A stretch of DNA of 63,927 nt, counting the filler, from Blastocystis sp. subtype 4 (Eukaryota): NCBI RefSeq assembly GCF_000743755.1. It is 3 parts of 3 records of this genome, joined end to end, with 100 filler letters (N's around TTAATTAATTAA, not from the genome) between each part and the next. Parts side by side here need not be neighbours in the genome. Positions count along the whole stretch, not along the records: positions 1 to 26,355 come from NW_014569394.1; 2 more parts are not named here. One strand, 5' to 3'. Positions within the stretch are counted from its first letter, which is position 1, and each line of letters opens with the position of its first letter. Positions 1 through 12,754 of the stretch are shown here, one piece after another. A model generated the notes under the pieces. It saw only the letters and a program-made list of their open reading frames with translations. It did not search any database and was not told the DNA's origin. A program made the translations under genes and the position numbers.

Positions 1-16
1 ACAGATTCGTATGTAG

Positions 17-75
17 GATGTGATCAGGAACAAGAAATTGAATTTGATGTACAAGGAAGAATGGAGGAAGAGTAA
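17..75 (+). CDS. 3' end of an upstream gene (partial)
   Basis: After a TAG acceptor reads ...CDQEQEIEFDVQGRMEEE* (TAA 73-75), followed by TGTTTGTT at 89-96. Confidence 0.55.
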
Positions 76-193
76 TGTTGTTTTCAACTGTTTGTTTGGA
101 TGTATACATATTCTTTGGAGTTCAGTTATGGAAGAATTGGGCGTTTCATCATCCTTCAATTCAGTTTTACATTTCTTTTCATATAACACTGTT

Positions 194-425
194 ATGTCCG
201 AAACTAATTCCCAAATTCCAGAAAGTCCCATATCTGATGATGAAATCAATGAAGAAGAGAGATTGCGCATTCGGAAAAACTGTAGGATTGTTAGATAATT
301 TCGTTCACTATATAGCCACAAGTGCAAATATTCCTCCTAGGAGTCCAGATATTGTACCTCCAGTGATAGACAATTCTGATGAGCAGTGTAAGCCCCTACA
401 AATGCCGCGACCTATCAAACTCTAA
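194..425 (+). CDS. small hypothetical protein, 3' structure uncertain
   Basis: MSETNSQIPESP... joined by a ~33-nt GT-AG intron to ...PPRSPDIVPPVIDNS...; TGTTTGTT at 493-500; may instead splice onward to ~693. Confidence 0.35.
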
Positions 426-821
426 GTGTGTCATTCTCTAGTAATAGTCCCTGTGATGTATTCTATCTATTTGGAGGCGTTTTATTTTGATCTGTTTGTT
501 TGGATACCCTATCTTTATCGGTTTTGTGAAGAGATTTGTGGGGATTGCGACGAATCATTGCTTGGACGGTTGATTTAGTCAAGGTAGATGACAGTAATTG
601 AAGTCTAAAATTCAAGTACTTCCTTATGGAAAAGAAATCGATGATCCAAAGAAGATTCAAACCAGATGACAATAGGCACAAAAACAAACTATAATCATCA
701 CGATCATGAGGCTACTGGATTGCGGCATTGTGCCACCGCTAATTACTGAAGCGGAATGGGGTCATTTTCTGGAGATCTGTTTTCACTTGATTTCTCGCTA
801 TCAGAATCGTCTTGGACGAAT

Positions 822-1925
<1,104 letters not shown>

Positions 1926-1981
1926 CGTCATTTATCGATTTAATGTGTTTGTTGAGAAATGCAACACAATCTTCCTTTACA

Positions 1982-2581
1982 ATGGATTTACTATTGAAAT
2001 CTCTCTACACAAAGAGTGAGATTGATAATGTTATTCGTAATACAGAAGATAAAGTAAGAATGAGATATGAATCTTAGAATAGGTTGTAGTTCTACGGTTT
2101 GGAAAAGCTAAAGATTTAGTTTGCATGCAACAAGACGATATTGTGGGAAACGTAGTGTGAACGATAATTGATATAGTTGTACAAATCACAGATATTAGTA
2201 TCGAGAATGGCCGATATATACATTGTTGATGTTGATGCCGTAAGTTCTTTTGCTGTGATCGAATTTGAGGTCCCCCTCTATACCCAGTATTTTGATATTT
2301 CGTTGATTCCAGCTACCGTATTCTTTTTCAATGCTACACACATCAAAATTGATTGTGGGTAAGGAAGAAGGGGAGGAATGAACTGTAGTCGACCAGATAA
2401 CACGAAGTGGATAGGTGCCTTCCATACAAAGCAGGATTTCATTGATGTTGTGGAGGTTTCTATGAGAGGGATTATTGACTAGTAGACTGTATACAAAGGA
2501 GGACTATATGGGAAGTATATTGTGACATGTCCCCTACCTCAAGATCGGATCCCTCAGTATGAGTTGTTTTACTCTTCTTAG
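1982..2581 (+). CDS. TXNL4B: thioredoxin-like protein 4B (Dim2), tri-snRNP factor
   Basis: Spliced: VVLRFG..., [41 protein letters not shown]; these match TXNL4B rather than TXNL4A; five introns. Confidence 0.88.
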
Positions 2582-2583
2582 AA

Positions 2584-2598
2584 TGATTGTTACAAACA
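2584..2598. terminator. overlapping bidirectional 3'-processing motif TGATTGTTACAAACA
   Basis: TGATTGTT on + and TGTTTGTA on - share base 2591; each lies 4 nt from an in-frame T. Confidence 0.7.
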
Positions 2599-2602
2599 GA
2601 TG

Positions 2603-4029
2603 AAAAAGGTAATACGAAGTTCCGTACTTTTTCCCTCAATTTAAAGTGATTACGCAGAAATCGTCTCACATCTTTCATGTGGACAATCCTCTGAAGAAGA
2701 GGAATCATATTTTTCAATTCTTCATCTTTCTTATTATCGAAGTAGGAAGAAATTGGAATCCCATTATCAAGTTGATATGCAAAGGCATATAAAGAATTAT
2801 CAATGATTACTGTTTTCTTCTAGATATAAAATTCAAAGTATTCCCTCACCAAATCTCGGTTTAATGACTTCAGATCTTTCAAATAGTTTTCATCAACATA
2901 TAGACAATGTTGTCGATAAAGAATATGACTTACAACACTTTCCTTATCGATAATCTTCATAACAGCATCTGCATAACTATCCTTCAATCATCAATTCCAT
3001 CATTACCATTGTTGAGATGCAGTGAATATCACAATCTCAAACATCTTCGACACAGTATTCAGAAATTCTTGTAGAAACGGACGAAAGGAGGCATAAACCT
3101 CCACTGGCTCTTCACTATATCGGATCTACTGTTGACAAGAGAAAGCATTTTCACATCAAACTTGATATCATATGATTCGATGGGTTCCATCACGCAATGA
3201 ACAAGAGTTTCGTCCAAATCCAGAACTAAGGTAAATTGAGGACTGGATTCGGCCTTTGGAGGTAACAAATCGTGCTGAATTAAGGACTTGTCAATATCCT
3301 TATAAGCAGGAAGGGTCTGAATTACAAGCATCCTATGAATAAAAAGAAGGGTTCAGGAATACGAATATGATTCATCATCAAGCTCATCCCAGTCAATGCA
3401 TTCCTCTTCATCACTAAGAGATTCTTCTGTCAAAATCATCTCAGTTGCTACAGATGGTCTTTGAGTTTGTTTCGTATTGGTTTCAACATTGATCAGTGAA
3501 GTATCCGATTCTTCAGTGAAACCAACATTTATGGAGTCAGAATCACCAAGACTACGCTTTGAAGATTGCCGCCGTGATTGCGTCCCATTGTTCATTTCAA
3601 CAATAGAACTATCTTGATCTATGGAGATATTCGAATAGCTGCTGTCACTATCTCCACTAATAGAATTACGACCGTGAAGAGATCGTCGTGCTTCTATTAG
3701 TGAGAAAACATTTGTATCTAAACTTTCATCAAGTTTCACAGATGGAGAAAACAATTCATCCTCAAGATCAAGAGTAGATTGGTCACCGGAGGTAGATACT
3801 CTGCGGTGGAGGCTATCCTTCCTTACAGATTTCTTTCGTCTATTAATGAGCCAAAACAATCAAAAGTGTCAACTCCTGGACAGAAGCACTTGATTCATTC
3901 TTCATTGCCGATTTTTGTCCTATATATGAAGAATGAATCAGATTATCCACGTTTAACACAGGCAATGGAGGTGATCAAGCCATCTTGTGAAGACGGGTGT
4001 GCTTCTCTCTTCGCCGTCTCTCTCGTCAT
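2603..4029 (-). CDS. CTD small phosphatase-like (FCP/SCP HAD, CTDSPL2-like)
   Basis: TLVLDLDETLVH, EIVIFTAS, YLKDL..LNRDL, IIDNS, NGIPI; stop probably completed by poly(A) at T 2603. Confidence 0.9.
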
Positions 4030-4102
4030 TTTACGATATAATCTTTAAGAAAGACGAGAAATCTGGTGGAATTCAAAAAATGGCGTGGTTTGTAGCCGAG
4101 TT

Positions 4103-5698
4103 ATGGAATTGAAGAAATCAGTTGAAAAGAGTATCCCTAAATCGGCTCCGTTTTTGTTAACAACGTAATCATCTAAGATTTCCGTGAATATACGAGTAAT
4201 AGCGGCATGTCTATTTCCGACATCAATGGGGGTTTCTCCCATACACATGAGGATCGCTATGAAGTTCACGAAGGTGATGTTATCATAAACAGATGTGGGT
4301 TGATTTGCTGTATTTCTTACTTTGTAGATCGAATAATTAAGACTATTGGCGCTGGTATCTCGATATTTGAGTCTGTACTCACGTTGTAGGTAAATGTAGT
4401 ACTGTAGCTGTTGCATGGGATAGCGATGAGGGAAAGCATGTAAGAGTTTGGATACTGTGCCTTAAATCAAGGTTGCCCTGAAGATAAATAGGAGAGAGAA
4501 GAGATACGAATTGGCAGCCATGAGGGAGATCAAAACTATCGTAACACTTCATAAACGTTCTGGAGGTAAATGGTAATCCATCAAACCATGCTTTAGATGT
4601 AGCTCCTACATTACTGAGATTCTGGCTTGGTTTAACATCGATGGTTATGTCTTTGAAGTCCTACCGTTTATGAACAAGAACCTCTTCGAGATTCTAATTG
4701 AGAGAGAGTTTAAGCCTTTCGATGTCTGATTGTTCGGGGTGTTTGATATTTAGACAGAGACTCTCCGATTACTAATCCGACAGCTCCTTGCATCTCTAGG
4801 AAGGATGCACAATTGTAGTATTATCCACACAGATATCAAGCCAGGTCTATCTTGAATAGTCCGTTGATTCTTAGAGAATGTGATGTTTTACCCTATAGAA
4901 AGTGAAGGTGAAGTGAATCCAGATGTGGTACCAGTAGATTCGTAGGGCCGTATTGAAGAATAGGACTTCAAACCAGATTTCAACCATTTATGTCTAATTG
5001 ATTTTGGTAGTGTATCAACTTCTACCTCTCCAAAACGTGGACTGATCACAACTCGTACTTATCGTGCTCCTGAGGTGATTCTGGATCTTGATTGGAGCCT
5101 ACCTTGTGATATGTGGTCCTTAGGTTGTATGGCGTATGAACTTGGTTGTGGTCGTCCTCTCTTCCAAACCCATCGACACTTCTTTGGTAATAGGGAACAT
5201 TTGGGTAAGAAAGAGAGGGATGAGTAATCGATAGCCTTAATTAACAAACTTCTAGGACCAATTCCTCAGTCTCTCTTATCACAGTTGGATACGGTCAATG
5301 CTTCCTTGTTCGATGAACATGGCGTAGTTTATTGGCCTCCTCCGGTGACAAAGGAAATACCCGAAGAGAAACAGCCTGGAGGATGGGCATCAGCAGATAT
5401 CTCTTGGAATGCTCGAATTCGAGCAGTAAGGGCGGTACGTTCTGCAAAGACATCGATTGAAGAAGGAGTAGGAGTTGGAATAGAGTGTGAAGGATAGATG
5501 GAAGGAGTGGATCCTGACTTTATTGACTTTGTAAAGAAGCTTGTGGTGGGAGATAGAGAGATGAGTTTAGTGTAGGTTATATTACCACAATCTCGTATGA
5601 CGATGGAAGAAGCAGTTCAGCATCCATTTGTAACAAAGAGAGGCGAACTTCCTCCTGTGGATATTTCTGTTACCAGTGGTTCAAATGATCAATCTTAG
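4103..5698 (+). CDS. CMGC protein kinase, CLK/LAMMER-like
   Basis: Spliced: VALKI, IIHTDIKPENV, LIDFGS, TRTYRAPEVIL, CDMWSLGC, EHLALINKLLGPIP (LAMMER-like). Confidence 0.88.
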
Positions 5699-5699
5699 T

Positions 5700-7240
5700 G
5701 TGTTTATTCCAAACAGGAAAAGAGAGAAAGTATTGTTGACAACCAGGTGAATCTGCAATTGAACATGAACGTAGGAACTACTCTCTATTGTCAAGTGCGA
5801 AGCAGAAGGACAAGGATGATCAAAGAACATAATTCCTCCATAGTGAAGTGAAGTCACATCTAGAATCAACCTCACGATCCACTCCTACTCTTGATTATCA
5901 CATGATTTACCTCTGTCAATACATCCACTCCTCCACTAAATGAACATAGTACAGGAAGATCTAAGTGTAACTGTGACCACATTCTAACTAATCATTTCTA
6001 AACTGGTCTTCTTCGATATTGGACTTGTAATAAAACTTATAGGCGATCGAGCAAACACATGAGAACCCAGTACAATGTATCGAAGAGCAGGAAGATCTCA
6101 ATCATAGTAATCTTGAACTCTTACTGATAAAACAAGTGGTCTTTTGGGAGTTGAAACAATAGTCTCCAATCGTAACTCGTTCGAGTGCAGGGAGATCTGT
6201 CTCATTATCCATGATCATGCATACCTGAAAGAATAAACTCAGTACAATCCTTAAAGCAACAGGAATAGTCACCAACACTTCCAATGGAGAGAGTTTGGAG
6301 ATGGGGAAGATCTTTGTTTGATCAATCCATTAGACTTACTGTGAAGGTAAAAAGTGGAATAGAACACAAATGAAAGGGAGGAAATTGAGATGGATTGAAG
6401 AAGAGGACAGTAGGATACTCCAAAGCATGATTCCTCGGTACTGTTCTTGGAGTATGAATCTCCACCTACTGTAATAGAACAAAGCAATTGACAGTTTCTG
6501 AGAACAAAGAACGGGAGTTCCTGATAACACTCTGAGCCAACAGCGAATGTAGACATTAGGGAGTTGTGGAACTGTTGAGTCTTTGTTGCATCGGGAACTA
6601 CAATATTCCTTTCATTATAGAGTTCATTGTACAACCACAAATCCTCGAGTTCCAGTTTTCCTTCCCGGTCAAACAACTTTCCCTTTCCAAAGCGCTGACT
6701 AAATGAGATTTGACCCTCATATTCTGGGTTTTCCGTTATCATATCAGGAAAGTAATATGTACCATAACAGACATTATCATTCCCATACCGAAATCCTCTG
6801 AATATTAGATTGTTATTGTCATCATAGTAATCGCCCCATCCACAGGGAATTGTGCCTTGACAGTCTCCCTCCCATCGGTCACCGGCACTACTCAAATCAA
6901 TAATGGACTTTTCAATCTTCTCCTGTTTCAGCAATGACAAACGCCTCCCATCAACGATTTCATACACACCAATCAACTTTTGCAGTTTCCTGTTTGCAAT
7001 CACAATAGTTTGTCGATTCTCCTTTTGGATCCACCGAGAACACATATAGATAATGGGTTCATAAGTTCCAGATTGTAAGATTATATCCTTTTCGGTACTG
7101 TAATCCTCACAGAGGAGAGAGGAACGAATCAAATCGATTCCTGATTCATCCAACAGTTGGATAGAGTTTCTTGATAGAATCGAATCAACGGAATAATGAA
7201 GCAAAGAAGACCATTTCACCCCTTTTTGTAGTTCGGTCAT
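5700..7240 (-). CDS. protein with MORN-like repeats followed by LRR-like (BspA-type) repeats; 3' end approximate
   Basis: RWEGD...PCGWGDYYD, YEG...RFGKGKLFD, then repeated L..L.SITVG..S units split by ~30-nt introns. Confidence 0.6.
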
Positions 7241-7352
7241 TCTGTCAGTAATATTCGTTTCCGACGACTTTGGTTCTATACGTATGGAGGAATACAGTAG
7301 AATAAATGGGGTAGTATGTCCTTTATAGAAGACAGATAACAACATTCAATGT

Positions 7353-7426
7353 GCTCGAATAGCTCAGCTGGTTAGAGCGTCGTGCTAATAACGCGAAGGT
7401 CTGGGGTTCGATCCCCCGTTTGAGCA
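7353..7426 (+). tRNA. tRNA-Ile (anticodon AAT)
   Basis: Acceptor GCTCGAA/TTTGAGC, D arm GCTC-AGCTGGTTA-GAGC, anticodon loop CTAATAA, T loop GGTTCGATCC, followed by TTTTT Pol III terminator. Confidence 0.97.
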
Positions 7427-7452
7427 TTTTTCTTTCTTTCAACAAAGAATAT

Positions 7453-8122
7453 ATACCCTCTTTACATCAAGAAAACTCTTCACAAAGAATGCGCAAGTCC
7501 AGTATAATGCAATCAACAGAAGAATGATCCAACTGTTATGCAGGAGGAATGAATCTACTACAGTATTGCAAATCGCCATCTTCTCAGTTGCCCTACCTAT
7601 TTATGAAGGAACTTGTTATAGAATGCTCAAAGGATATAGGCCTTAAAGTCCATGTTCATCTTTGTGAGGAAATAGTAGACCATAATAATATAGGCATAGC
7701 GAGTAAATGTCATCCACAAACGATGTTGGTCGATCATTCCTTGCGAGTTAGGAATCATTCCCGATGGAATCACCTTTGACTACAATTAGAGTCGTCGAAT
7801 AGAGCTACAATCATTTTTGGGTTGTACTCGACTGCAGCAATAATGAAGAAGAGAATAACACAAATCACATACTACAATCACAGATACAATTTTCACCTAC
7901 CAACCAAAAGACATGACTCAACGAATACCCATCTGATTATCAGGAAGTAATATTAATCGTACCTTCAAGAATATCAATTTTGAATAGAAGATAAATAAGA
8001 TAAAATGGACTTAGCAGATATGGAAGCATGCTCATCTTATAGAACATGGCAACATAGAACCAAAACGTGAGTTTCTATTGATCACAGAGATATCTGCAAT
8101 CAGATACATTAACGATGGCCAT
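7453..8122 (-). CDS. small multi-pass membrane protein, unknown family
   Basis: MAIVN|KLTFWFYVAMFY... four GT-AG introns plus one AT-AG intron (7597-7637); ends FLDVKRV + T, 4 nt before TCTTTGTT. Confidence 0.7.
7597..7637 (-). other. putative U12-type intron, AT-AG, 41 nt
   Basis: 5' ATATCCTTT, branch-like TTCCTTCAT, ends TAG; removal deletes an in-frame TGA and restores the frame. Confidence 0.75.
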
Positions 8123-8225
8123 CTATTCTCTATGATAATGGAGATAATGTGTATTGGGAGAAATGGTCCCAATTCCATAACTGGTTTTAGGGCCCCTCTT
8201 GTTGTTTTTCACAATTATCACTAGG

Positions 8226-8784
8226 ATGGCTGCTGCTAAGCGTGGTAAGATATGTTAAACGTATTTTAGTGGTGTAGGACGTGGAGGTGCTACTGGAAAC
8301 AAGTTTAGAATGACTCTTGGTCTTCCCACTGGTGCTGTGATCAACTGTGCTGATAATACTGGTGCTAAGAACCTGTATGTGATTTCTGTCACTCGTACTG
8401 GTGCTCGTCTCAACAGATTGCCTGCTGCTTGTAGGTTTTGGTCGATGCAAGTTTATTTCTAGCTGCTGGAGATATGTTCATTGCCTCCGTGAAGAAGGGA
8501 AAGCCCGAACTCCGTAAGAAGGGTATGTTGTTGATATCGCTTTGTTGATTCCATAGTTATGCCTGCTGTTGTGGTGAGACAGAGAAAGAGCTGGAGAAGA
8601 AAGAATGGAGTGTATCTCTACTTTGAGGGTTGATTATGATGGAATGGAGTGAGGAATAGATAATGCTGGTGTGATTGTGAACCCTAAGGGTGAAATGAAG
8701 GGATCTGGTATCACTGGACCTGTAGCTAAGGAGGCTGCTGATCTTTGGCCTAAGATTGCCTCTTCTGCTAGCTCTATCTGGTAA
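8226..8784 (+). CDS. RPL23: 60S ribosomal protein L23 (uL14)
   Basis: [53 protein letters not shown]; four introns. Confidence 0.97.
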
Positions 8785-8868
8785 TTCCCATACCATAACC
8801 CTAAAGGGATGAGCCACGGAATAAGCTGCTTAAGTGATTTGTGTTGTTTGTTAAACAGTGTCACAAGT

Positions 8869-10900
8869 CTAATCACAAAACACCTGAGAACTCCGCATCA
8901 TCACAACGCAACTCAATTCCGTAAGGAATTCCCGGAGAACCACATATCCTTCCATAAACTGATTGAATGTGACATCCACAGATAACCGATCTTCTCGCTT
9001 CAAAGCATTCTTATGATCACAGATATTCAAGTTTGTTTCTGTCATCACCAAATACTGGTTAAAATTCAAAACTTCATTCGATCGATTCACAGCCTTCTCC
9101 CATACCTACAGATTATTCAACGAATCCTTTCTCACTCGACTTAGCTCTCTTGTAAAGGAGATTGGTGATTCCGGGATTATGAACAGAGTTTCAAAAAGAG
9201 CCAGTGGTGCAATTGTCGCAATTGTTGTAACCAGTTGTGTGACTTCTAAATTCACCTCCATTGGTTGTCGTAAAAGCATCTGAGCACGTGTTAATAACAC
9301 TGATAGGAATGAAGAGTCACTAGCTGAAGACGAAGGCGTCTCTTCGCGAGCCTGCCTGCATCGTTGAGCAATGGCTGCGATGTATTCTACATCTTGTTGG
9401 TATAGAGAGGTTTCACCATACTGAAGTCTATCATGGTTTGGGAGTGGCTTAGAAAAGGATGATGAAAAGATCGAAAAGAATTCCCGCGATTCTACAGATT
9501 CTACTGCTTCCACTTTTGGTAGAAGATGTGTGAGAACTGCTGGATGTTGTGCCTTGAGAAGCACATCAAACAGTTGCATGGTAGCAATTGAAACTTCATT
9601 GCTATTGTTATTGAGACGACTGAGGAGAGTGGGGAACAAGAGTGGCTGACGGGTTGTCTCTCCACAGATGAATGTCGCAATAAGATCGATCAAAGGGGAG
9701 GCTGGACATGCCAGCAACTGTGTAATGATGAGACGAAGTACACGAGTACTTGCGACAATTCGGGAATTCCTAGGAATCATGAAATGGACGAAATAGTACC
9801 GAATACTCATCAGCTCGACTTCAAAGTAGCCCTGAAATATATCTTCCAATAGAGCCTTCAGAAGAGCTTCTCGAAGCAATAGAGCACGTTCTGGTTTGTC
9901 CTTGCAGTCTGCCGAACTCTTGCATAACATCAACAATTCGGAAAGAAAGGACAATCGTTGTCTAAGTAATTCCTCAGGAGAATCCAACTGTGTAGTACCA
10001 GCAGCAGTTGAGTTAAACTGAAGAATCACATCTAGTAGATTCTGAGTTAGAAGTTTCACAATTGGAGTATTATAGGTGAGATACATGGTGATATCTGATA
10101 GAGGGAAGGCAGAGAGAAGGAGGATTGTCTGTCGGGATGTGTGTCCTAGAGTGGAAGTATCATTTCTAGATATGAATGCGATGAACAGTATGAACATATG
10201 AGGGATTAGAGGTTCTACAAGAGGAAATGAGGCTTTGATAGTTGTTGAGGACTCAGTATCCTCTTCTGTTCGGATGAAAAAGGCATTGATCAAAACAGGA
10301 TCATTACACAACTTCTCACAAATCACCTAGAAAATGAGGATAACTGACTCAACAAACTTCGATAAATTGAATGATGGTGGATTCCAATTGAGGACTGATG
10401 TTCTGAGCATACATTTGCATGAACTTTTGAATTAATGCAGAAATCGTAATATGCGTTGTATTACTGGATAATAAAGGATACTTAATCTCCTTGAAGAGTC
10501 TTGTCAGTTGAGAGGTAATGAGCTCCGTTGACCCTTTCGGATCATCAACCATTGCAATTCCACATAACGTATCGATTACATGTTGTTTAATCACATAATC
10601 CATGCATAAACCAATATCATCTCCCTCCGCACTGCTTTCCCGCTTATCCTTCTTTAGATTTGCTTCTTCTTCCATAAGAAGATCTACAATCTGATTCAAG
10701 TCCTGTTTCACGTTGGTGTTCTGAATCCAGTCTCCTCGTTGATCTTCATTACATTCTCTCATCTCGTTGATGATTTGTAGAGCATCATCCAACATCCGTT
10801 TGAACTGATCAAGACGGATGGTTTCAGGCGACTCATTGGTCACAATGGTTGTTAGAAAAGAGGACACAGTATTGTTTACTGCTTCATAGAACTTCCACAT
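8869..10900 (-). CDS. FHF complex Hook-interacting protein (FHIP/FAM160 family)
   Basis: LLMEE...GLCMDYV..HVIDTLC..A..DDPKG, YPLLS...H, C-terminal EVNLEVTQLV and VVLREFLTEL. Confidence 0.8.
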
Positions 10901-10965
10901 ACCAAAGGAAGAAATGATTGACAACAAACAGCCAAAGAATAAACCGTAAAACTACAAGAAAAGAA

Positions 10966-12315
10966 TTAACAACGATCAGGAGTGCGGAAGTTCTCTCCAG
11001 CATAGATGGCCTTGCTTCCGAGTCGTTCCTCAATACGAAGCAACTGATTGTACTTGGACAGACGTTCTGATCGGCAAGGAGCTCCAGTCTTGATCTGTCC
11101 TGAGCAAAGACCCACAGCAAGATCAGCAATATAGTTATCCTCAGTCTCTCCTGAACGATGAGACACCATTACACCCCATCCAGCAGCCTGAGAATCGAGG
11201 CAAGCCTGGACAGACTCCGTAACAGAACCAACCTGGTTCACCTTCAGCAACAGAGCATTGCAAGCCTTCTTCTGAATGGCCTCAGCAATACGAGCAGGGT
11301 TCGTTACCAGAAGATCATCTCCCACAATCTGGACCTGCTTACCAATCTTCTCACGAAGAAGTGCATAAGCTTCCCAATCATCCTGCTCGAAAGGATCCTC
11401 AATCGAAACGATGGGATAATCCTGAACAAGCTTGATGTAGAACTCAGTCATCTGCTCCTTCGACTTCTTCTCACCACCTCCCTGCTTGAACATCAAATCA
11501 TAGTATCCATCCTGAGTGTAAAACTCCGAAGCAGCACAATCCATAGCAATGCGAACCTCCTTGGAATATCCAGCCTTCTCAATAGCCTCACTCAGAATAT
11601 CCAAACCTTCAATGTTGCTCTTAATGCTAGGAGCAAAGCCACCCTCATCACCGACGTTGGTAGCATCCAGACCATATCTCTTCTTAATAACAGACTTCAA
11701 ACTGTGGTAGACTTCGCAACCCATCTGCATGGATTCCGAGAAGGACTTAGCACCAATAGGCATCAACATGAACTCCTGGAAAGCCAGAGCATTTCCAGCA
11801 TGCTTTCCACCATTGATGACGTTCATAGAAGGCACAGGGAGAATGAATTTTTCCTTTCCAGCCATCTCACCGAAATACTCATAAAGGGACTGCTTCTTGG
11901 CAGCAGCTCCAGCCTTGGCACAAGCCAGAGAAGTTCCAAGAATGGCATTGGCACCAAGCTTTCCCTTATTATTGGTTCCATCAAGCTGGAACATCAAGTC
12001 ATCAATAGCATAAATATCAGTCACATCCATACCGCAGAGATGAGGTCCAATGATGGTTTTGACATTATTGACAGCCTTAGACACTCCCTTTCCATTGAAG
12101 GCCTTGCCACCATCACGAAGTTCAACAGCCTCGTGAATACCAGTCGAAGCACCACTGGGAACAGAGGCGGTGAAGAGACCATCCTGAGTCTTCACGTCCA
12201 CTTCCACAGTAGGATTTCCTCGACTATCAATCACCGTTCTGGCATTGACAGCAGTAATGGTGGAGGCAGCACGAGTAAAGGCCTTAACAGAGGCAACAGA
12301 AACACGAGAAAGCAT
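10966..12315 (-). CDS. ENO: enolase with N-terminal mitochondrial-type presequence, intronless
   Basis: [51 protein letters not shown]; leader [18 protein letters not shown]. Confidence 0.97.
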   Translation of the reverse strand: MLSRVSVASVKAFTRAASTITAVNARTVIDSRGNPTVEVDVKTQDGLFTASVPSGASTGIHEAVELRDGGKAFNGKGVSKAVNNVKTIIGPHLCGMDVTDIYAIDDLMFQLDGTNNKGKLGANAILGTSLACAKAGAAAKKQSLYEYFGEMAGKEKFILPVPSMNVINGGKHAGNALAFQEFMLMPIGAKSFSESMQMGCEVYHSLKSVIKKRYGLDATNVGDEGGFAPSIKSNIEGLDILSEAIEKAGYSKEVRIAMDCAASEFYTQDGYYDLMFKQGGGEKKSKEQMTEFYIKLVQDYPIVSIEDPFEQDDWEAYALLREKIGKQVQIVGDDLLVTNPARIAEAIQKKACNALLLKVNQVGSVTESVQACLDSQAAGWGVMVSHRSGETEDNYIADLAVGLCSGQIKTGAPCRSERLSKYNQLLRIEERLGSKAIYAGENFRTPDRC

Positions 12316-12754
12316 ATTTAGTGGATGAGAGAAAAAATGTGATACTGGGGGATCAAAGGAGAAGGAAGCAACCAACCACTCATTCGGCTTCTATGAAAAC
12401 TGGAAAGTATTTGTATCATACTATTCTATTTCCGCGATTGCATCTTTCGATTTGAGGGATTCGGATTAATCTATTCCTTTAGATACAGTTGTAGAATTAT
12501 CCCTAAGTGATCCCAGATCCACCTCTTCGAGTACAGTGGAGTGTACGGATATTCCTTGATACTCTTTCGGTTGGTCTCTTTATCTGTCTACTAGACTACA
12601 CTTTCTAATATCTATCATCATATTGTAGTATCTCTCTTCCTCTGTATCCATGAGTTTCTTCGCACTTGTGATAGAATGAGTTAAAACAAATACTCGACAA
12701 ATGTAGGTCCCAATACTTGGTAATCCAAGCATCAGATTTGTTTTGGCGACAAGG

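Noticed and set aside
700..790. GC-richer segment with short hairpins and Sm-like ATTTTCTGG
   Set aside because: No recognisable U1, U2, U4, U5, U11, U12 or U4atac signature; an Rfam search would be needed
4045..4416. 123-aa minus-strand ORF
   Set aside because: Antisense to the first exons of the CLK-like kinase
10474..10481. GTATCCTT/ATATCCTT U12-like donors (also near 22843-22850 and 62711-62718)
   Set aside because: They lie within uninterrupted coding motifs (KYPLL, KHIL, RILD); no splicing needed
11158..12321. 387-aa ORF antisense to enolase
   Set aside because: Shadow ORF from codon bias of a highly expressed gene; no motifs
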